Of a DNA stretch of 64,000 nucleotides, positions 55,401 through 64,000 are shown piece after piece; within the stretch, counting starts at the first letter, position 1, and the number at the start of each line of letters is the position of its first letter. The position numbers and the translations under genes are program-made. Source of the DNA: Macrostomum lignano (taxonomy: Eukaryota); NCBI GenBank assembly GCA_002269645.1, contig NIVC01000422.1:186001-250000 (forward strand). Reading direction: 5' to 3'. A model generated the notes under the pieces. It was not told the DNA's origin and ran no database searches. It saw only the letters and a list, made by a program, of their open reading frames with translations.

Positions 55401-58400
55401 CGAAGAGCAGTTAGCGTTTGAAACTGTCTGATTTATAGCATTGAAGTATCGAGTGTACGTTAACTACCTGCTTGCTAGCTGATGCATTGAATTTCAATGT
55501 CCAACAAATACACAGGGCTGCCCATTGAGAGGCAAGAAAACTTATCAGTAGCCAAATCATTGCGCAATTATCTATACAGTCAGCCAGTGAGCCAGGGTCC
55601 AATTGTACGCATGCAGCCACTTAGAACGCCCCATCCCCCCACTGGAGAGTAAATGCACTGGCGACATAGGAAAAAGTTGTGGCGTAATCACTCAAAATTC
55701 ATGCAAATTTTCAGCTCCGAGCAGAAAGAGGGTACAATTAAGATTATCAAAGGTCAGAATTGCCGTTTTCTGCTTTTTTAGGGATCTTAAAATGTAAAAA
55801 TAAAAGATTAAAACAGCCTAAAGCCATCCTCGGAAAATTTGCAGTTTTCCCACATAAGTTTCAACGCTGACTTGCAAGTATTCTAGGAGGAGTTATCCAA
55901 CAAACACACACACACACACAGACAAACAACGCACCAGTTTTAGTATTAACGAGTGGAACTCCTCCTTCGGAGGAGAAAGGGGAAGAACTCCCATCACCGG
56001 AATTCCATTCCCTGAAATATCCATCAACTGAAATTCCATGTCTTGAACCCTATCTTCCAAATCGTCTCCAAATTCTTTAGAAAACCTTTCAAAGACCATA
56101 GCTCAAAGACTCTCACGTCTCTCATATCTACTCTCTCCACTCTGTGCTATTATCGTGACTCTCTTCTCTCTCCTCTCTCTCATCTCATCTCTACCCGTAC
56201 TCCCTTATTTATGTTTTCTCCCTCGTCTTTCGTCTGTACCCTCTCCTGTCTCTTGTCTCCTCTCTTCTCTCATATCTCTCCTCTTCACTTCTGTCTCCTG
56301 TCTTCTCTCTTCTCTCTTATCTCTCCCTCTTCTCTCCTCTTTTATATGTCATCCCTATTCACTTATCTATCGTCTCTCTTAACCCTCTCTCTCTTCTCTT
56401 TTCTTTCCTCTCTGCTCTCATTTCTCATATCTCATATACGCTCTCACACTCCACTTACTTGTCTCCAATCTTTCTTTCCTCCTTTCCACTTTTCCCTGTC
56501 TCTTCTCTTCTCTCTTTTCTATCCTCTCCATTCTCTCTTTTCTCCTCCCCTTGCTCCTTTTATCTTCTCCCCTCTCTTCTCTAATCTCTTCTCTCTTCTC
56601 TCTTATGTTCTCACTCATCTCTTATCATCGCATCTCTCATCTCTCCTCTCCTCACTACTTTCCTCTCTTAACTCTCTTATCTATTTCATCTCTCTCCTCT
56701 CTCCTCTTTCTCTTCTCCTCTCGCTTCTTCTCTCGCTTCTCTCTCCTATCTCTCCTCTCATCTCTACTACCGTATTTATATCTTCTAACTGGTCCTTCGT
56801 CTCTACTCTCTCCTTTCTCCTTTCTCCCCTCTTTTCTCCTTTCTTGTCTCTCCTGTCTCCCCTCCTCTCTCATCCCTCATCCCCTCATCTCACTCTTTCT
56901 TTCTCCTCTACTCTCCCCTCTCTTCTATTTTCTCTGTACGCTCTTATCCCTAATCTATTTTCTCTCCTCTCTCCTCTTTTCTTCTCTCTCCCTCTTCGTT
57001 CCCGCCTAAATCCCCTCTTCTCTCCAATCTGTCATGTCTAATATCTCCACTTATTTCTACTCTGTTTTCTATCATCTCATCTCTCTTCTGCTTTCATTCT
57101 TCTCTTTACTCTTTTCTCTGACTGATTGAAGATGCCAAATCCATCAAGATCCTCTCCGCGAAGCAGAAATCCTGTCCGTGCAACTGAAAACCATCGAAAT
57201 CCTCTCCGTGAAACTGGACTCCTTCGAAATCCTTTCCGTGAAACTGAAAACCATCGAAATTTTCTCTTTTAAACTGGACTCAATCGAAATTTTCTCCGTC
57301 AAAAAAATAAATATCAGGATTCATTGGTTAGGGTTATTGTTAGGGTTAGGGTTAGGGTTAAAGCTACACACAGCTGCGTGTTCAAATAAAAAATTGAACC
57401 AATTGAATCAATTGATTGCGCAACCGATTTCTCAGTCAGTCAGTATCAGTCTCAGTTAAAGTTAACAAAAACATTGCGCAATCTAAATCAACCCTCCAAT
57501 ACACAGCAGCAGTGAGAATTTGAACTCTCCCCCCAACTTTATCTATTACGTCTCGCAAAACTGAGTACGATTTTTGCAGAAAGTTAAAAGTATGGAAATA
57601 GTTTTTTCAATGCTGTGCTTTTTCTTTTCATATTTAAAGCAAACAATTTATATCCCTGAAATCAGCTTTGCAAGTTCTTTCTAGCAATATTAATTTTTTC
57701 TCTCAAAGTTAAAAACTCGAGCAACAGTTTGCGTTTGAAACTTTCTGATTTAAAGCATTGAAATATCAATTGTACGTTCACTGCCTGCTAAAGAGGCCCG
57801 CAAGTTTATGCATTGAATTTCAAGGTTCAACAAAACACAGGGCTGCCTATTGAAAATTAGAACACAAATCTTTGCGCAATTGTCTATAAAGTCAGCCGGT
57901 GAGCCAGGGTCCGATTGTACACATGCAGCCATTTAGAACGCCCCATCCCCCCACTGGAGAGAAAATACACTGCAGAGATAGGGAAAAGTTGTGGCGCAAT
58001 CACTTGAAATTCATGCAAATTTTCAGCTCCAAGCAGAAAGAGGGGACAATTAAGATTATCAAAGGTCAAGACCGCCGTTTTCTGCTTTTTTGAGGATCTT
58101 AGAAATTAAAATTTCAGAATTAAAATAGCCTATAGCCGACCTCGGATAATTTCCAATCTTCCCATATAAGTTTCAACGCTGAGTTGGCACTATTCAAGGA
58201 GGAGTTGTCGAAATGACAGACAGACAGACAGACAAACAACACGTCAACTTTAGTATATATAGAGAGTGGAACTCCTCCTTCGGAGGAGAAAGGGGAAGAA
58301 CTCCCATCACCGGAATTCTATTCCCTGAAATATCCATCAACTGAAATTCCATATCTTTAACCCTATCTTCCAAATCGTCTCCAAATTCTTTACAAAATCT

Positions 58401-60480
58401 TTCAAAGACCATAGCTCAAAGACTCTCAAGTCTCTCATATCTCCTCTCTCCTCTCTCTCATCTCATCTCTACCCCTGCTCCCTTATTTATCTCTTCTCCC
58501 TCGTCTTTCGTCTGTACCTTCTCCTGTCTTCTGTCTCCTCTCTTCACTCTTATCTCTCCCTCTTCTCTCCTCTCTCATATGTCATCTCTACTCACTTATC
58601 TATCGTCTCTCTTAACCCTCTCTCTCTCTTCTCTTTTCTCTTCTCTCTGCTCTCATTTCTCATATTTCATATACGCTCTGACACTACTTTCTTGTCTCCC
58701 ATCTTTCTTCCTCCTTTTCACTATCCCCTGTCTCTTCTCTTCTCTCTTTTCTATTCTCTCCATTCTCTCTTTTCTCCTTTCCTTGCTCCTTTCATATCTC
58801 TCCTCTCTCCTCACTCTCTTCTCTTTTCGCTTCTCTCTCCTCTCTCTCCTCTCATCTTTACTACCTTATTTATATCTTCTCCCTAGTCTTTCGTCTGTAC
58901 TCTCTCCTTTCTCCTCTCTCCCCTCCTCTCTCATTCCTCATCTCCTCATCTCACTCTTTCTTTCTCCTCTACTCTCCCCTCTCTTCTATTGCCTCTGTAC
59001 GCTCTTATCCCTCATCTATTCTCTCTCCTATCATCTCCAATCTGTCATGTCTAATCTCTCCACTCAATTATACTCTGTTTTCTATCATCTCTTCTCTCTT
59101 CTCTTTTCAGTCTTCTCTTTACTCTCTTCTCTGACTGATTGAAGATGCCAAATCCATCAAGATCCTCTCCGCGAAGCAGAAATCCTGTCTGTGCAACTAA
59201 AAACCATCGAAATCCTCTCCGTGAAACTGGACTCCTTCGAAATCCTCTCCTTGAAACTTAAATCCATCAAAATTGTTTCCATAAAACAGAAATCAATCAT
59301 AAATTATCTCCGCGAAACAGAAAGCCTCTCCGTGAAGCTGAACATGATCGAAATCCTCTCCGTGAAACTGAACACCATGGAAATCCTTTCGTGAAACTGA
59401 ACATCATCTAAATCCTCTCCACGAAACAGAAATCTTCTCCGTCAAAATTAAAACATTGAAATCGTCTCCGCTAAACTTGACTTAATCGAATTTTTTCCGT
59501 CAAACAACTCAACTCGCCAGATTCATTAGGGTTAGGGTTAGGGTTAGGGTTAGGGTTAGAACTACGCACAGCTTCGTGTTAAAAGGCACAGATAAAAATA
59601 TTGAACTAATTGAATCAATTCATTGCGCAACCGATTTCACAGTCAGTCAGTATCAGCCTCAGGTAAAGTTAACAAAAACATTGCGCAATTTTAATCAACC
59701 CTCCAATACACAGCAGCAGTGAGAAGTTGAACCCTCCCCCCAACAATCTTTGCAGATTAAAGTACAATCTTTGCAGAAAGTTAAAAGTATGGAAATAGTT
59801 TTTCAAATGCTGTGCTTTTTCTTTTCATATTTAAAGCAAACAACTTACATCCCCGAACTCTGCGTGGCAAGATCTTGCCAGCAATATAAGTTTCTCCTCT
59901 CAAAGTTTAAAACTCGAGGAACAGTTAGCGTTTGAAACTGTCTGATTTATAGCATTGAAGTATCGAGTGTACGTTCACTGCCTGCTTGCAAGTTGATGCA
60001 TTGAATTTCAATGTCCAACAAATACACAGGACTGCCCATTGAAAGGCAGGAAAACTTATCAGTAGCCATATCATTGCGCAATTATCTATAAAGTCAGCCA
60101 GTGAGCCAGGGTCCAAGTGTACACACGCAGCCACTGAGAACGCTCCCACCCCCACTGGAAAGAAAATACACTACAGAGATAGGGAAAAGTTGTGGCGCAA
60201 TCACTAAAAATTCATGCATTTTTTCAGCTCCAAGCAGAAAGAGGGGACAATTAAGATTATCAAAGGTCAAGATTCAAGTTTTCTGCTTTTTTGAGGATCT
60301 TAGAAATTAAAATTTCAGAATTAAAATAGCCTATAGCCGACCTCGGATAATTTCCAATCTTCCCATATAAGTTTCAACGCTGAGTTGCCACTATTCAAGG
60401 AGGAGTTGTCGAAATGACACACACACACACACACACACAGACAGACAGACAAACAACACGTCAACTTTAGTATATATAGA
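46403..60480. repeat. Head-to-tail array of about 1.2-2.3 kb diverged Helitron-like units (family B), each with a short (TTAGGG)n tract
   Basis: Heads GACGAGGCCAACTCCTCC / GAGTGGAACTCCTCCTTCGGAG at 40390, 47938, 49487, 51700, 52984, 54185, 55949 and 58263. Internal GAAATCCTCTCCGTGAAACT repeats, TTAGGG x2-5, and (GACA/CAAA)n before the tail TTTTAGTAT. Confidence 0.8.
56100..57125. repeat. CT-rich tract inside a family-B unit; paralogous tract at 58390-59140
   Basis: Both tracts have the same flanks CAAAGACCATAGCTCAAAGACTCTCA and GACTGATTGAAGATGCCAAATCCATC. Confidence 0.9.
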
Positions 60481-60554
60481 GATATCGGTTTTAGGGTTGG
60501 CCTGCGCTGGGGGGGGGGTTGGGGCACGCTCAAGTTGCCTTTTAATTTATCGAT

Positions 60555-61629
60555 TGTAATGTACGCACGTACTTTGTGCATGCCTAATATTAAAATATAT
60601 ATATCGACTGATTTTGGCTTTTGAGCCCTCGTGTAATTTGTTTTCGTCCGCCAAATATTGCAGTAGTTGACTCTGTTAAAGTGGCGACGAGGAATGAGTC
60701 TATAGGCTCAATAGGACCCTTTGAAGAGGGCACTGAGACCTGGCAGAAGTACCAGGAGCGCTTAGTACAGTTTTTTTACAGAAAATGAAATCAGCAATGA
60801 AAAGAGACGAGCCGTGCTGCTGAGCATCTGTGGCAGGGACACCTACCAGCTGATATCAAACCTGCTGTCACCGGCACTGCCGAAGGACACGACCTACGAC
60901 GCCATCTGTGCTAAGCTGAAGGAGCATTTTGATCCAACCCCACCAGAGATTGTACGGCGATTCAGGTTCTACAGCAGAAGTCGTCAGGCAGGCGAGTCGG
61001 TGGCAGAGTTCCTGGCTGAGCTGCGTAAGCTAGCTCGGGACTGCAATTTCGGCGTTGGCCTCAGCAGCATGCTCAGGGACCGGCTGGTCCTGGGGATCAG
61101 TGATGATTCCATTCAGCGGAGGCTCTTCACAGAGAAGGAGCTCTCGCTGGACACGGCGCTGTTGCTGGCGCAGACGCACGAGTCGGCCGCTCAAGGCAAC
61201 CTGCTGGTGGCTAAAGGCGCCGGCTCTGACACGGTGCACGCTCTTCACCATTCTGCCCGGCGGGAGGCGGCCAGCGGGCCGCCAGCGAAGCGTTGCTATC
61301 GATGCCTGTCCCAGCGCCACCTGGCTGCCCGTTCATCAATAGTAGGTTCTACGCATGCTCGAAAACCGGACACATTGCTGCTGCGTGCAAGGCAGCGCCG
61401 CCTGCTCAGCGGGACGAGAGATCGGCTGGGCCTCAGCGAGCTTCGAATCGTCGCATCGACTCGACCGTCCAAGAGCTGCAGGCGGAGGAGGCAGATGAGG
61501 AGGCTTTTTCGCTGCACGTGATGGCTGCTGCCGTAGGCGGCAAGATTCCGCCGATCAAGACAACCATCGACATCGACGGCACGCCAGTCTGCATGGAGGT
61601 CGATACTGGGGCGTCTGTGTCACTCACTC
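60555..61629 (+). mobile_element. 5' fragment of a Ty3/Gypsy element (LTR-like segment, PBS, gag, start of protease), cut off by the 18-bp minisatellite
   Basis: TGTAAT at 60555; PBS-like TGGCGACGAG at 60682-60691; gag IGPFEEGTETWQKYQERL...RAVLLSICG...FRFYSRSRQAGESVAEFLAELRKLARDCNFG; knuckles CYRC...H and CSKTGH; protease MEVDTGASVS. Confidence 0.88.
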
Positions 61630-62184
61630 ACCCAGATAGCAAGCATCCCCCGGATAGCAAGCATCCCCCAGATAGCAAGCATCCCCCTGATAGCAAGCAT
61701 CCCCCAGATAGCAAGCATCCCCCGGATAGCAAGCATCCCCCAGATAGCAAGCATCCCCCGGATAGCAAGCATCCCCAAGATAGCAAGCATCCCCCGGATA
61801 GCAAGCATCCCCCAGATAGCAAGCATCCCCCAGATAGCAAGCATCAACCCAGATATCAAGAATCTACCCAGATATCAAGAATCTACCCAGACAGCAAGCA
61901 TCCACCAGATAGCAAAAATCTACCGAGATAGCAAGCATCCACCCAGATAGCAAGCATCCACCCAGATAGCAAGCATCCACCCCAATAGCAAGCATCCACC
62001 CAGATAGCAAGCATCCACCCCAATAGCAAGCATCCCCCAGATAGCAAGCATCCCCAAGATAAATAGCATCCCCAAATAGCAAGCATCCACCAGACAATAA
62101 GTAGCTAGTGCGACAATTTACTTAGCATTATGGTGGCTCCTTTAAAATTCGCTTACTTTTACTTTTGAAATTGTGTATCTTTTA

Positions 62185-63490
62185 CGTTTGACATGATGGC
62201 TCTTTTATGTTTGACATGGGGGCTCTTTTATGTTCTACATGGTAACTCTTTTATGTTTGATACGATGGCTTTTCAATGTCTGACATGGTGCCTCTTCTAT
62301 TTTTAACATGGTGGCTCTTCCATGTTTGACAAAGTGGCTTCTTAATGTTTGACATGGTGACTCTTTTATGTTTGACATGGTGGCTCTTTAATATTTGACA
62401 TGGTGGCTCTTTAATATTTGACATGGTGGCTGTTTAATGTTTGACATAAAGTCACTTATATGTTTGACATAAAGTCACTTATATGTTTGACATGGTGGCT
62501 CTTTTAGGTTTGACATGATGGCTCTTTTATGTTTGACATGGTGGCTCTTTAATGTTCGATATGGTGGCTCTTATGGTGGCTCTTTATTGTTTGACATGGT
62601 GGCTCTTTAATGTTCGACATGGTGGCTCTTTTATGTTTGACATGGTGGCTCTTTAATGTTTGACATGCTGGCTCTTTAATGTTTGACATGGTGGCTCTTC
62701 TATGTTTGACATGGTGGCTCTTTATTGTTTGACATGGTGGCTCTTTAATTTTTAACATGGTGGCTCTTTTATGTTTGACATGGTGGATCTTTAATGTTCG
62801 ACAAAGTAGCTCTTTAATGTTTGACATGGTGGCTCTTTAATGTTTGACATGGTATATCCTTTTTGTTGGACATGGTGGCTCTTTTATGTTCGACATGGTG
62901 GCTCTTTTAGGTTTGACATGGTTAGCTCTATAATGTTTCACATGGTGGCTCTTTAATGTTTTACATAGTGGCTCTTTAATGTTCGACATAGTGGCTCTTT
63001 AATGTTCTAAATGGTGGCTCTTTAATGTTTGACATAAAGTCACTTATATGTTTGACATAAAGTCACTTATATGTTTGACATGGTGGCTCTTTTAGGTTTG
63101 ACATGGTGGCTCTTTTATGTTTAACATGGTGGCTCTTTAATGTTCGATATGGTGGCTCTTATGGTGGCTCTTTATTGTTTGACATGGTGGCTCTTTAATG
63201 TTCGACATGGTGGCTCTTTATTGTTCGAAATGGTGGCTCTTTTATGTTCGACATGGTGGCTCTTTAATGTTCGAAATGGTGGCTCTTTTATGTTAGACAT
63301 GGTGGCTCTTTAATGTTTGACATGGTGGCTCTTTAATGTTAAATGTTAAATGGTTTGACATGGTGGCTCTTTAATGTTTGACATGGTGGCTCTTTTAATG
63401 TTCGATATGATAGCTCTTTTATGTTCGATATGGTGGCTCTTTAATGTTCGACATGGTTGCTCTTATATGTTTGACATTGCGCTTCTTTTA
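62185..63490 (+). repeat. About 23-bp minisatellite GTTTGACATGGTGGCTCTTTAAT
   Basis: Read directly; followed by the tRNA-derived module and family-A tail. Confidence 0.96.
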
Positions 63491-64000
63491 TGTTTAGCAG
63501 TTTTGTGTGTTTTAAAGTGTTTAAATAAAAAAATTTTTTGCACTACTAAGATTCGAACCCAGGTCGCTACATTAGCAGTCCAGTCTGTTCGCATCTAGGC
63601 TATCTCTTTTCAATTGGAAAACCTGAATTGTGGCCCTTATAATTCAATACTTACAGCAAGTCGGTTAGAGTAAAAAGTTATGACATAATAAATTTCTCAG
63701 TCAGCCAGTATCAGTCTCAATTTAAGTTAGCAATATGGTTACGCAATTTAAATCAAGTCTTGTGTGCATTTCTTCGGCACTTTTTTCAACTTGTTGTGAT
63801 GCAATCTTTATCACAATCGGAATTCAGCCAGTCAGTTTTTTCTCTAGTAGCATTCTTAAAATGCATTTCAAGTCGAAAATTTTGCTTGACTTTTGCAAAA
63901 AAAGCATGTTTTTCGAATATTTAATCCATTTAACATTGAGCAATTTCTTAGCCAAAATGCATGTACCGTCCCATGAAAATTTTTGATCGAATGGTGCAAG

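Noticed and set aside
56043-59142. ORFs of 332, 187 and 152 aa in CT-rich tracts (also 3635-3937)
   Set aside because: L/S/F/P-only low-complexity translations of pyrimidine tracts.
61620-62097. GDACYL / PPDSKH repeat proteins
   Set aside because: Translations of the 18-bp minisatellite that recurs at three unrelated places in the window.

Overview
This is eukaryotic (metazoan) repeat-dense DNA. The TTAGGG tracts, divergent TRPM-like exons and element types would fit an invertebrate such as a flatworm, but the host cannot be proven from the sequence. Layout: (1) a truncated Ty3/Gypsy gag-pol (about 160-2314, minus strand); (2) the 3' exons of a TRPM-like channel gene (about 4987-6835, plus strand); (3) a complete Polinton/Maverick at 7212-29058, with about 470-570 bp TIRs and an exact 6-bp TSD (GAAGCT). 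It encodes penton, major capsid, packaging ATPase, adenain-like protease, protein-primed PolB, integrase, PLA2 and several small core or membrane proteins; (4) two full-length LOA/I-group-like LINEs (APE-RT-RNase H) with exact TSDs, one splitting the Polinton integrase (19625-25375) and one in a repeat array (40491-46387); (5) from 29.8 kb to the end, a mosaic of Helitron-like non-autonomous units carrying short telomere-type tracts, a tRNA-derived module and several different minisatellites, plus a second Gypsy fragment. The strongest unannotated signal is in the LINE 5' ends. The two LINEs have strongly diverged proteins but nearly identical 5' UTRs, which fold into an HDV-like self-cleaving ribozyme. 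The predicted cleavage site coincides to the base with the 5' insertion junction of both copies. Second strongest is a recurring (K/R)-x-G-x-G or (K/R)-x-G-G motif in the small Polinton proteins, which suggests a basic-P4 variant of adenain specificity. Identities quoted are by eye, not computed. Most frameshifts inspected are 1-bp deletions and may be assembly errors.
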